This document shows positions 27,798-41,237 of a DNA stretch of 64,000 nt, piece by piece. Source of the stretch: Auanema rhodensis (taxonomy: Eukaryota; Animalia; Nematoda); NCBI GenBank assembly GCA_964057225.1, contig OZ059899.1, positions 14,012,001 to 14,076,000 on the forward strand, read 5' to 3'. Position 1 is the first letter of the stretch, and each line of letters starts with the position of its first letter. The translations under genes were made by a program, and so were the position numbers. The notes beneath the pieces are model-generated. The model saw nothing but the letters and a program-made list of their open reading frames with translations. It did not search any database and had not been told where the DNA came from.

Positions 27798-29495
27798 TAG
27801 GGAGGGGGGGGGGGTAAAGAGGTAGGTAGGAAAAAAGAGAAAAAAGACAGTAATAAGTAGAGGAACCAACTTAGAATTAAAACAGATATATATATATATA
27901 AAGAGAGAGAGAGAGAGAGAGAGTGAAAGAGAAATACCAAAAATTAAAAAACCGAAAAAAAAGAAAACGAGAGAGAGAGAGAGAGAGAGAGTGAGGAATA
28001 GGTAAAAGTATTGATGTTTAATAATAAATTTATTTTGTTAAAAAAAAACATGTAAGAAATGGGAAGGAGAGCAGCAAAAAAAAATTTTTAAAAACTAAAT
28101 TGACTTAAGATAAAAATAAAAAAAATCTTTTTTTTTTCTAAATAGAGCATACCAGTATGACTACTACATACTACTATTGCTTCACCAACAATCATTGAGC
28201 TATATGCACTTTGATCTATAAAGATCATTGTATTTAAGAAAATATTTGGATGTATTTGGATGTATTTGGATGTTAAATATAATAATAATTACATATAAAT
28301 TAAATATAATTAAAATAAATAATTAATTATACATATAGTATAGTATAGTATAGTATATATACATAGATATAATACATATACATGTATGTATAGTTTGAAT
28401 AGTATACCCATATAGTATACATTCAATTTTTTTTGTTTATTTTTCTCTTTAAATTTATAATAAAAATAGATTTAAAATAATTATTGATGGTTGGAAGAGC
28501 TTAGTGAACAAGTGAACATACATGATATACTCTCAGATTTCAATGTTCACTTATGTTCTCATAGACATACACTTAGTCAGTCAGTCAGTCAGTCAGTCAG
28601 TCAAGTCTACCGTGTACATATGGTGTGTGTGTGTGTATGTGTGGTGAGAGTTTCTCTATCTTTGTCAAGCCAACAACTATTTTTTAGGCTTTTTTTAGAC
28701 AATTTACGAGTAATTTTATTGGCTTTTTCACACATTTTCACACATTTTTAAGGGAAACAAATCTTGATTGATGCTCAATCAGAGAGTACAAGCAACACAA
28801 TTAGCTTAACAACGTAAAGCAATCGCGTGGAAATTACGTGACACGTTGACGCAGATTTTGTGAGACTTTCAACATCATTTTGGTTGAATTGATGATTGAT
28901 GAATGGTTGCTTGATGGTGGTCTCTATTTCAGGAAGAAAATAAAAAAATTTCTAAATATTAGAGAAGAGAGAAGATGAGGAAGACGATGTATGTTGATGA
29001 TGATCATGATGACATGAAGAAAAATGATTGAATGACAAGTAGTGAAGACGAGTAATGCCCTATACATACAGTCAAATTCTAATATTATAATCAAACATAT
29101 AGTAATTAAAAGAAATCTATGTATAAATTATATTTTATTATATATTAAAATATTTTTACTTAGAATATTTCTCAAATATAAAGAAAAATTAGTTTTTTTT
29201 TACTGATTTTCAACTAATTTGATCAATTCTTCATCATATAAACTCATTTTTGATTGTATTTTTATATTAAAAGCTAAGCTTGAAGTACATATCCTGAAGA
29301 CCAAGATTTGAGGACCAATGACACAGAATAACGAGCCAACTAGATGAAGGGTAGGGGAGGTTGGATGAGGATAAGGATAAGAAGAAGGAAAAGCTAAAAA
29401 GCAAATTTTTGCATTTTTTACTAAAATGAGATAAATTGAAGATGCTAACACATTCAGATAGATATAAACAGAAACATACAGAGAGAGATAGAGAG

Positions 29496-29570
<75 letters not shown>

Positions 29571-30421
29571 ATAGAGAGAGAGAGGAAGAGAGAACTACAT
29601 AAGCATATTCAGAGCGGAAAAAAAAGAAAAAAAAACAAAAAAATACTCTTTTCTTTCCCACACATTGTTAAAGAAAAAAAGATTTTTTAAGCAAAATTAT
29701 CAATTTAATTATAAAAAAATCGAAAAGTATATAAGATATGTGTATGTGTATGTGTAATAATTGTACAAAGAATATTTCTTAAAAATGAAAAAATAAAGAA
29801 TGAAATAGGCTCATAAGCTTGTTTCTTTTAGCTTTTACCATCTTCTAAACGATCTGTGACACCCTAGCTAACAAGGAAATGACATGGAGAAGTGGTGGAA
29901 GAGCAAAGAGAATTGGTGTGGAAAAGTGGAAGAGAAGAAGGATGAATGGGAGGAGGGAGGCAAGGATCAAAATTAGATGAAAGAAAGACAAAAATATCAA
30001 AAAAAGAAGAAAAAAGTTCAAACATAGAACACTGTGATGATGTTTAGAGTAAGATTTATTATTCAAAATATGATGATGATGATGATAAAGAAAATAAAAA
30101 GTTCTTCTTTTTCTTAGTTTAGAAAACTTTTTTTCCATGATGATGATGATGATGTGAATTTTCTCTTCTTTGTTTTTTTTTGGAAATAAAAAAGAAAAAA
30201 AAATGTTGAAATCAGAGATAATTGAATGTTTGCGACATAATTTTCATTAAGAAAATAGAAATTAAGTTTTAAGAATAAAAAAAAAAGTTTTATTGAATAC
30301 GAAATGGTCAGATTACATGAGATGGATGACATGAAAACTAAGCTTATGCTTTATGTTGTTGATGTAAAACTATGAATTTGAAGTTGTTGGGATTGAGAAA
30401 TGATTGGAAGAGAGGGAAATG

Positions 30422-30463
<42 letters not shown>

Positions 30464-30940
30464 GGAGAAAATGAAATAGGGCGGATTGAGATGATTATAA
30501 CTCTGCCAATGATTGAAGTTCAAAATATTTCACTTGGTATAGTTACGATGATCAGAAAGTTATAACAATTTTTCATATAAATTATATTTTATAAACTATA
30601 TGTATATAAATAAGTACATATAGTTAGTTAGATCGTTAGTTAGATAGTTAGATTGATAGATATATAGATGGATAGTTATACATACATACATGTATCTACG
30701 TACGTACATGTATGTGTATATATAAAATTTATTTTATATTTTTTCTTAGAAAAATAAAAGTTTATTTGAAAAATTAAAGAAAAAAATATTTTTTTTAAAT
30801 AGAAAATCGACTCCTATTAAATTCAGAATAGCATATAAGTCGTAAGAAATGCTAGAAAAAAGCCTTAAAACAATATTCTCAATAACAAAAAGAAAAATAA
30901 AATGTTTACAAACAATAAGAACTTATATTCAGACATCATG

Positions 30941-31026
<86 letters not shown>

Positions 31027-31997
31027 GGCCTCTTACTCTCGTTAATTCAAAATTTAAAAAAATATTCGTTTGAAATCTAACTTTTTGATTTTCTGATTAT
31101 TTTTTTTTATTTTTTGAATAACTAAGTTAGAGAATCAAACTTCAAACTTCTTTAATGATTAATAAAATTTAATTTTAAAATGAAAACAATTAGAAGAAAA
31201 AACAAAATCAAAACTAATATTAAGATATAAAGTGATAGAAAAGAAAACTTGCAATACTTTTGGGAAATGAAGTTGCAAAAAAAGCAACTTGTTTACATAT
31301 GTTCTTTTTTCGTTTAAATTTTTAAAACTTGAAACTTAAGGCTTCAAATATATTGTATAATAAGTTAGAAATATGTAGAAAAAATTTTAAAAAATTGATA
31401 TTAAACATGTAAATTCTATTGAAATAGAATGAGAAATCTATTAAATTTTATGGAAATTCTAGAAATTTGGAAGTAAAATCTCGACAGTAAACATGATAAG
31501 AGTCAATGTTGAATGTGCTATGCTACTTATACAGCAGCTTGTCTGACGTTGGAAAGTCAGACAAGGCACAACAACTACTTATATTCATCCATATATAGTT
31601 GTAATAATAATAATAATAGTAATAAAGTAAGTTTAGAAGTAACTTACGTGATCTCATTCTGCTTAATCACGTGTAAACTGATGATATTATGAGGGAGTTT
31701 GTATAGTACATTAGGTTGTACTGCACTTAAAAGCTTGTTATCTTGTTTATTTTCAAAAATTATGCTCAACTCGCAATGGTATTCTTGGATAGAAGTACAT
31801 GAAATAGGGCGAGGCTTGATTGAAGTGGAAGGAAATGACAGGAGGAACAGTGGAAATTCAGCCGAATAAGCAGAATTATAGGCAGCTTGGCTAAAGCGCT
31901 AGTTAGCTCAAGCATAACTATCTCAATGGGAACAGCTTAACTATGTTGACACATGAAAAATATCTCTCTCTCTATATATATGTATAGAGAGAGAGAT

Positions 31998-32034
<37 letters not shown>

Positions 32035-33802
32035 TACATATATATAAAAACAATAAGTTGTTATATAATTTTAGATTTTTATTTGTCAAATAAAATTTTA
32101 TACGATATATCAGATGAAGTCTGTATGCCATCCAATGTATCGCCTGCTTTTTTGACAATTTTTTTGGCATTTATATTAAAAAAAATGAATAAATTCCTGA
32201 AAATTGTAGAAAATAGAATATAAATCTGACAAGACAATCAAATATAATGATATATGAAACTGCACTTAATGCTCATAATTGGCTTACAAACATCATTAAC
32301 GTTATTGTCTATATGTGTACTGGTGTTTCATCTATGTTGAAGTATTCTATTTATGTCGTTTGGCAACGTTTTCACACTGAAAATTCTTTCAAATGAATAT
32401 CTATCTCAGTATCATCGTCGTTTGTAGTCGTTTCTTGCAAATGTCCTCGCAGTGATTGTTGCTGCTGCTGCTGCTTCTCTCCATCTCGCTGTGGTCGTTG
32501 TCTTCAACGTCGTCGTTGTGGTCGTCATCATCATCACCATCGAAATCATCGTTATCGTTGTCACATGCATGATCTGTTGACAGCTTCTCATCTGCTCTAT
32601 AAGCTGTATGTAATAGTGAAACAGATTAGGCTGAACAAGCTGTCAACTTCAGCTTTAATGCTCTAGCTTAGTTAATAGTGAATTGGTCAAGCCTCAACTC
32701 AACAGAGCAAAAACCTAGATATGATAATAGACTTTATCAAAACATTGGGTTTTAACTATATACATATAACACTGTATATATATATATATATATTTACATT
32801 TCGATCTATTGTGACTTCTGCCAACAGATAAAACATGTGAGCCATGTCTTTGACTGCTGCTTCTGAATTGAATTCTTTCGCCTGTCCTTTTGCTCTCTTT
32901 TCAGTCTTTTTTTTTGGTTTTTTTGTGCCCCCAGGGCATAGTGGCTATAGATTCTTTCATACAATATGACATTCTTGTTCTTCATCTTTTGCCATTTTCT
33001 AGTCAACTGTCTGTCCAATTCAATTTTCATTTCCACTGTTCAGCCTCATATGCTTCATCTCTACTACCCTACATCCTCACTCTGTCCCCACCCACCATTG
33101 GTTTTGCTCGTCTATCTCTATCTCTTCGGAAACCTTTGCTTATTCCGACGCTCCAAAAAAAAGTTTCAAGAGCTTTCTCGTGCTCTCAAGACTAATCCAT
33201 ACAGAGAGAGAAAGAGAGAGAGAGAGAAATGAAGGAAAAGAGAGAAAGAGAGAAAGAGAGAGAGAGAGAAAACAAGAGAACAAGGGCTATCATTTCTTTT
33301 CATTTTTTTCTATGACTAATTTTCTTCAAAAAAAAGTTGAAACTTTTCAATAAAAGAACAAAATCAATAACTTTTTTATTATTTTAACTGAATTTCATAC
33401 TCAACTGACTATAAAATATTATTTTTTGGTCACTATTTGACCACACAGCAGTTATTTCTGCTGATAACACTACTATCTATAATGATTTAACTTCATCGTT
33501 ATTCTCTCTATATATCTTTTTCTCTATAGAGCCCCTCCCTTCTTTAATTCTTTTCTCGTTCTCTGCTTCTCTTACTGTCTCTCCATAATTCTTTATCTTT
33601 TATTTTTTTCATTCACTTCCTCTCATTCTCTCTTCTTTTTAATTATTCTTCACAAACTCTCACTGCTATCTGCAGTTACTGTTCTCGAATTTGACATTTT
33701 GATAGCCCCTTTCAGCTCTTAGATCTTTCATTCTATCATTTGAATTTATCTTTCTCTCTCTCTCTTTATCTCTACCTCTCTCTCTATCTCTCTCTCTGTC
33801 TG

Positions 33803-33871
<69 letters not shown>

Positions 33872-34496
33872 GATTATTCTCAAGTAAATACCATGAAATT
33901 AAAAAAATATTTTAATACCTAATATCTTTTTCATTTGTCTTTTTTGTTCTCCCACTACTACATCTATTACTATAAATTCTTTAAAATATTTATTATTTCT
34001 TTTAAAAAAAATTCTTTTGATTAAATAAAAATTATAATTAAATATAATTAATTTATAATGTTTTTCATTAAATTTTGTAAAAAAATCTTTCTCATATCAA
34101 TAAGTTTAGCAGCTTTAGCTTTATCTATGTTTTCATTTTCACACAAACCATCTCATGCTATGAACATTCCATACAATCTATCATCCCCTCCTATCGTATG
34201 ATCAACCGTTCCATATCCTTTTTGCCATATTTTTAGGAAAATTTAGATTGTAAACTCCAAAAAATAAATGAAAAATACTTTCAATTAATGATATGAACAT
34301 AGTTATATATGATTATATATATGATGATGATGATGAATAATCAAGATATAAACAGTCTGGATGAAATCGTTAATAGGGGTTCCGGATCGCCTTGTATTCG
34401 CTCCAATGATCTTCTACTTAATCCATCTTAACTATCATTATCATCTTTATCATATATACTATTAGTTTTACTAATAGATCATAAATTGAATGACTA

Positions 34497-34543
<47 letters not shown>

Positions 34544-34547
<4 letters not shown>

Positions 34548-34677
34548 TCTGTGATGGCTATTGCTGGAACTGGAGAGTGGTTAAGACGGATAGTGATGGG
34601 GAACGGGATGAGGAACGAAAAACTTCTCAAGATAAAGAAAGAAAAGAATGAAAGAGATAAAGAGTGAGTGGGAGGGA
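34544..34677 (+). repeat. Copy 2 of a 134-bp dispersed direct repeat
   Basis: Same orientation as 20551-20684, offset 13993 bp, and immediately preceded by a long (GA)n tract. Confidence 0.92.
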
Positions 34678-36598
34678 AAGAACAGATACTGAGAGAATAA
34701 CCGAAAGTGATCATCATTACCTAATGACCAGAAGTAGTTGATGAGCAACAGGCCTACTCATCTTTCCACCCTCACAACCTCATTTCGTTTTGTCTTTTCG
34801 TTATCTCTCACCCTCTTTTCCACTCTCTCTTAACAAATCCTCTTTTCCCACAACATTCTTTCTCTCACCTTCTCTAGCCACATTTTTCTTTTCTCTCTCT
34901 CTTTCTCTCTCTCTCTTTATCGTTCTCTCTCTTTTTTCTTTTTCATTCGAACTTTATATCCTTGTCTCTCATAGCTGGTTGTAATATAGTTTGTGTTCGG
35001 TTCAACTACTATTGATTGTCTTGTTGTGTTGTCAATTTCGTCGTTCACGTCTCATTTTTTCCGATTTTAAAACAAAAAAATAGAGAAAAACCATTTAAAA
35101 ACACTAAATACATTTAAAGTTGTTGTTTTTATCAAAATATCCCTTTTTGCAACTTTTCGTTACAACTTGAGCTGATATGTCCGTTGTCATGCCCGTCTTC
35201 AAACAGTTCTTATTAGTCATCCTTCAGACATTTCATTTTCAATTTTAATTATATCATATAATAAATAATAATAAATTGTCCATAATATTGATTTTTCTTC
35301 CTTTTTTTATGGAAATATACCACTGATAAGACAGAGAGAGAGAGCGAGCGAGAAAGAGAGGGAAAATGAAAGGAAGAGAGAGAGAGAGGATATTGTTGTT
35401 TTACTAATGAGGTACTGCTAATCAGAATCACTGACTTCAGGCGCTTCAACAGCTTCAGTTAAGCATCAACAGCAGCACCGTTCTCATTTCGTTTTCTTTT
35501 TTTTTAACCAAATTTCGATCCATTTCTTTGAACTTTTTTTCTCCCAATTTCTCTATTTGTTCTTGTCTCTATGTTCATTTCTGTACAGCTTTCTATTGTA
35601 TATTTTCCAAATTAAACATTTATATTCTATGCTTTGATACACAAATATGAACAAACCTTACTATTACTACTGATTTTGGTCAGTTTCCCCCTCCCCTCAA
35701 CTAAAAAAAGGATTTGGTTCTTGTTTTTGAAATATTTTGTGCTTATTTTCTTCAATAATCTTTTCAAATATCACATAGTTAATGAATATTTCGTTTAATT
35801 TCTTATTTCTCTTCATATCTGTATTCTTCTTCTTCTTCGTTATCCATTCTGACCATTGTTTTAGTCTATTATTTTAGTTTTTCCTTATTCATCACTCATT
35901 TGATTGTATTTTCCGGTAGAATATGCCGGTCAATACAGCCATATTATCGTAAAACATTAAGAACATGAAAGATTTCAAGATCAAGAACTATACGATCAGA
36001 CGATAAACGTTCTCATCGGTTTTCCTCTTTCCTTCCTCTCTTTCTTCTTTCTTTCCACCTTACTCGTCACATCTTACCTGTCTTCTGTCCATCTTGGGTC
36101 AGAGGTCAGATCTGAATCGCTCACTTCAATTATTGTTTTTTTCTATTTTCTTACTGATTTTCTATTTTGATTTTTATTTCTATATCATTCCTACCCTTCA
36201 GTTCATTCTCATTTCATCCATTTTTCTGCTTTTTTCTTCTTCAAATAATTTCAAACAAAAAAAACTCATTTTTAACCTAAAAAAACGCAAAAGATGGGAT
36301 CAGAAAACGGCGACAAGGTTGACAAATTTGCGAAAGTATCATGCAGCAATGCGCATTTTCCCCCCCATTTTTCGTGAATCTCTAATAAATATTTCATGTA
36401 AACCTCGAAAAGATTATGATAATGAGTAGAAAAATAATAATATTATTGATTATTATGATAGAAAATGTATTTGATTTAGAATAAATTAAACTGTATCAAT
36501 GATTCTCATTTTCATTCATTCTATCTACGTCAATAACATCTGAAGGCTGCTGAATGTGAACAATATCAAAGAAGAGAAAGAAAGAGAGAGAGAGAGAC

Positions 36599-36641
<43 letters not shown>

Positions 36642-37903
36642 GGAAAAAGGTTGCCCTCATACTGAAACTATTGAGATTCGTTAGTTACATGAACATGAGA
36701 TGATGATGAAGCCTTACTATTGCTCTTGTCCTTGTCGCCTCTTATCCCTATCTTTCCTTTCCTTGTCCTCTCTCCTTTTATCTCTGCAGCTAATCCATCT
36801 CTTTTCATTTCTCTCTATCTCTTTACTCTCCTTACTCTTTCTCTTTCCCTCTATTCCGATGACCAGCTGGTGTGTACCAACGAATCGAATTGATTTCACA
36901 AGACTTTGTCGAGTTCGTTGCCGTTTTAGCTTGTTCATCCGCTTGTAATTTGAAGAATTTATCACCGTTTCTTTTTTTAGAAATATTGAATAGACATCTC
37001 TCAGTATTGTACATATCTCTCTGTCTCTTTCTTTCTCTCTCTCTCTCTCTCTCTCTTACTGTCGTTCCCGCTCTTTCTATCTCTTCATCACTACGTCTCT
37101 CTCTCTTTCTCTCTCTTTCTCTCTCTTTCTCTCCGGTACTCTTTTTCACGTTTCTTATTTAACAATAATTCATTATCTCTATCTCTCTCTATCTTATTTA
37201 ACTATATTTCTATAGTCTGTTTTCTTTTTTTTTCACGTAATTAGCATAATTTTCACGTAATTTCATAAAATCATTTTCATTTTTGGCTCATAAACTAACG
37301 GTTGTACATGGCCTACATGTTATTCAATTCTTCATTTATTTCGTAACCAAAAAAATGGTCTTCTTCATCTTCCTTCCTTCTGTCTTGCAAGAGATTCATG
37401 TTCCATTTTTCTATTTCCCTAAGAGAGAATCTCTCATATTCCCAAGAGACCAGAATGATCTGAAGCTGTCTCTCATCGTTGTCCTCGTTGTCGTTGTCAT
37501 TCCTTTTCATGTATGAAGCAAAAGCTTTTAATTGTCTTTTTCATTCATTCAATCTTAAATTTTCAATTTAATCTTTCATATACGTTTTCTATATATATAT
37601 TTCTATTCAAATATCATTAAATATCCATATAACTTGATCATATTCATTAGTTGTAACTGATATCGTTGTCTGTAGATCTGTGCTTCTGCTTTTCAGCTTC
37701 ATTCGTCCTTTTTTACTTCTCATTTTCTTTTCACAAAAGGTCTTTCCACATAAGATAACATCTTTTTTGCATCCAAAAGTCAAAATAGCATTCAAGATAA
37801 TTCTTCAAAAACGAATTTCATCATCATTCTCGTTGTTGGACCATATATGTATGTGTATGTACGTGAGCTCCAACGATGAGTTAACGAGAAACAGATCGAG
37901 AGC

Positions 37904-37937
<34 letters not shown>

Positions 37938-40836
37938 ATGAAAGAGAACAAAGTAGAGAGGGAATGAAGAGATGATATATAGAAGAGGCCAGCTGGCTGC
38001 TTGTCATCAGCACAACATCCTCTCATTCTCCTACTTACTCTTAGCTAGCTGACTCTCTGGCTATGAGTAATTCAATGGAAATTTCAAACAATTCTCCATA
38101 TTTGGTGAAATTTTTGTGAAAAAAAGACAAAAAAACGATAGATTTAAGGGTTTTCACAATAGCCAATGATGAAAAATCGTCTTTGCATGTTATTTCAACA
38201 CTTTTTGTCCTTTTAACATTGGTCGCTCAATAGATAAACAGCCATTGGACGAACACAATTGCAACTGCTGAGACACTGCTTCGTTGAGACTGAAGGGGAG
38301 AAAAAGAAAAAGTTCAGGATGGAGACAAGGCGGATAACGACGTCGGTTGCGGTGTATGTCGACGATTTGGACGTTGACGCTGTTGCCGTCATCGTCAACA
38401 TAGGCGACGTCCACGACGTACTCTAAGCGACTAGATCTGAAAGTGAGAGAGAGTCAGACAGTTAGACATAATGACTATTCAGTCAGTAAGAGAAATGAAA
38501 GCACACCGTTGACTTGAAGCGGCCATATTTGGTCTCGTAGCTGCTCTTCTTCATCAACATCATCATCTTGTTCTTCTTTCTCTTTCTCTCTCTCTCATTC
38601 TTTTTATATTTCTTTCACTGCATCGGCCTCAGCCCCATCACCCAAAATAGAACAATCAGCTTCTTCACGTCGTCATTTACTTGGCTTTTCCTTCAAAACA
38701 GTGTTGAAACAGTATTATGTTGTCCTTGTAAATCACGCAATCTCGTTGCTAAATATCCATACTTTACTGGTAAATCTCTCTCTCTCTTGCTTTCTCCCTC
38801 TCTCTCTCTCTGTCGTTTGTTCTCTTTGTTTCTTTCTAAATCTCCATCTCTCTTAGTACATCAGAATGCAAACATGTCTTTTCGATCAACATCATTCACC
38901 TGCTTTCAACCTCATTTCATCGTATGTTTCTTGTAACTCTTTTCAAATCTCTCGCCTTCATATGTATACATGTACATGTGTGTGTGTGTAAGTGCGTGTG
39001 CGTGTGTGTGTGTGTCGTATTCTAACTCATCTGATTCTGATTGTAGCCAGAAGAAGTAACAACATCACAATTGCCTGTTTTCTTCTTCATCTCCAACTTC
39101 TATTTCATCTCACCATCATCTATCCTCCTATACTATCTTTCATGTCATCCTTTCATTCTCGTATACTTCTCCTTTAATCCTCAACTTTCTCTCAAAAGAA
39201 CTTGTTTTTTCTTTTTTTTTTTTGGATTTTTCTCATTTCATATACGTATACATATATAAATATATTTATAAATATATATTTTTCAAAATAAATTAGAAAT
39301 AACAATTCTTTTTTTCTTTTTTCTTTTCAATTGAAACTTTTCTTCATTTTTTACACGACATATGCATGTCAACCATTGAGTATTTTCAACTTGTTCTGCT
39401 TTTTGATAACCTGATGCTTCATCTTATATTCAGCTTTACTATTCTCACTTTCTTCTATTTTATATTCTAAATTCAGAAATGGGAAAATCAGTACTTACGA
39501 CTTGAGTATATACAATTTTCTCTTCTTCTTCTTCTTCTGCTTCTGCTTCTGCTTCTTTCTTTTCCAACTTTTTTTCACAATATTCTCAGCTGAAAATAAA
39601 ATTTTTAAGCTTTCTTTTGAATATAAAATTTAATAATTATCTTCCAAACAAAACAATAAAATGTTCGAATGCTTCCTGATGCTTCCTGATGCTTAAGCGC
39701 CACCATATGGTCTACACACAGACACACTCACACACACACACATACAAGCCATATACAACAAACGCCCACCATCTATTAGGCTTTTGCTTATAAGCATCGA
39801 AACGTTTCAACCTGATAAAGGTTTTTCTCTCTCTCTTTATAAACCATATAACACCTTTATAAGTATATTATACAACCAAAATTTATTTATTGTCTATTTA
39901 ACTATCTATTCAAGTTTTATTTCTCAATTTTCTTCAATTTCTCTCAGCATTTGCCTTAATTTGCCTCTCTACAACCTCTCGTTATGTGTATGTAGTAGAA
40001 GGTTATCGATGTAGTTAGATGTATGTACAACATCGAAATTCTTCTTTTTTTTCTTTTTTTCATAATTATAGATTAAAATGTTTTTTTTTCTTCATTTTCA
40101 TATATACGAATATCTTTATATTCAATATAATTAGTATTTTCATATCGTTAGAAAGCGAATAAATTTCATTTATTAAAGATTTTCGTATGACATTTCCTTT
40201 TCTGAAAAAAAATTATTCCTTTTTCGTTCGACATATCTGCTTTTCGCTACTCATTTCATGTTTTTCAGGTATTTTTTCTAATCATTTTCTACCAATTTTT
40301 GAGGTCATTCATCTCTATAAAGAATAGAAGTAATAACTATATGGAAAAGAGAGAGAGAATTAGAGAGAGAGAGAGAGAGTGTGTGAGAGTTAGAGAAAAT
40401 TAGATTGAGCAGACGGCATTGCACAGCCCTTGTCGGTTAGCTGTCTCGTAGCACTACTGACCTCTTCAAGAGACAGCTGGTCACTTTTTCTCTTTGCTCT
40501 CTTATTCATATACATATACTAACCTTCTATTTCCTTTATTCTCTTCTAGCCAGGTTTAATCCGTTTATTGTAGAACCACCAATGCTTGTTTGCTGTTTCG
40601 TTTCTCTTTTCTCTTCAACCACAACCTCTTTACTTAGCTCTTGCTCTTCTACCCTCTGAATATCTATCAACTACCTTTCCCTCATTCTTCTCTTCTCCCT
40701 CTTACCTTCTCCTTTTCACTTCTCCGCCTATTTTCGTCACCCAAAACCTAAACCTGTCGACAGAAACGTGGTAGTACGTATATATCACATTCCACTCAAC
40801 CTTTATTTACCGCATATCGTTCATTTCCCTCTTCTC

Positions 40837-40840
<4 letters not shown>

Positions 40841-40904
<64 letters not shown>
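40841..40904. repeat. (CT)n microsatellite upstream of maph-1, followed by an acceptor-like ctttcag
   Basis: Pure CT run followed by ttttcgctttcag (~40905-40917). Confidence 0.9.
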
Positions 40905-40908
<4 letters not shown>

Positions 40909-41237
40909 CGCTTTCAGGTGTTTGATGTAAAATAATTTTTTTTCTATACATTCATCAATCTATACTATATAGTATAGTATAACTGGTCAGCAGAAGACCA
41001 AACAATCACTTCTACCATCACCCATTGATCGTTGTAGTTTGTCTCAATCCTCATCCCTTTTAATACTAAAAAAAACCTTTTTTTCGGCATTTTTTCTTAT
41101 TATCATGGCGCCAAATTCAAAAAAAAAAATTTATTTGTATTTCTGATGTTAGTTTATGTTTGATTCGTCTTTATATAATTAATTGCAAACGGATTCTTCT
41201 CCTTAAAACTAACATGGAGCTTCAGATTGAGTGCAAG

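Noticed and set aside
28243-28272. (tatttggatg)x3, and similarly (atgcttcctg)x2.5 near 39669
   Set aside because: Simple local tandem duplications without spacers; not CRISPR-like and no evident function.
32400-32570. Asp-rich and Thr-rich short ORFs on the minus strand
   Set aside because: Degenerate trinucleotide repeat with no usable splice context.
10319-40774. Dozens of 60-160 aa ORFs rich in LSLSLS, ERERER or poly-F
   Set aside because: These are translations of (CT)n/(GA)n and T-rich tracts, which lack stop codons; there is no splice logic or protein-like content.
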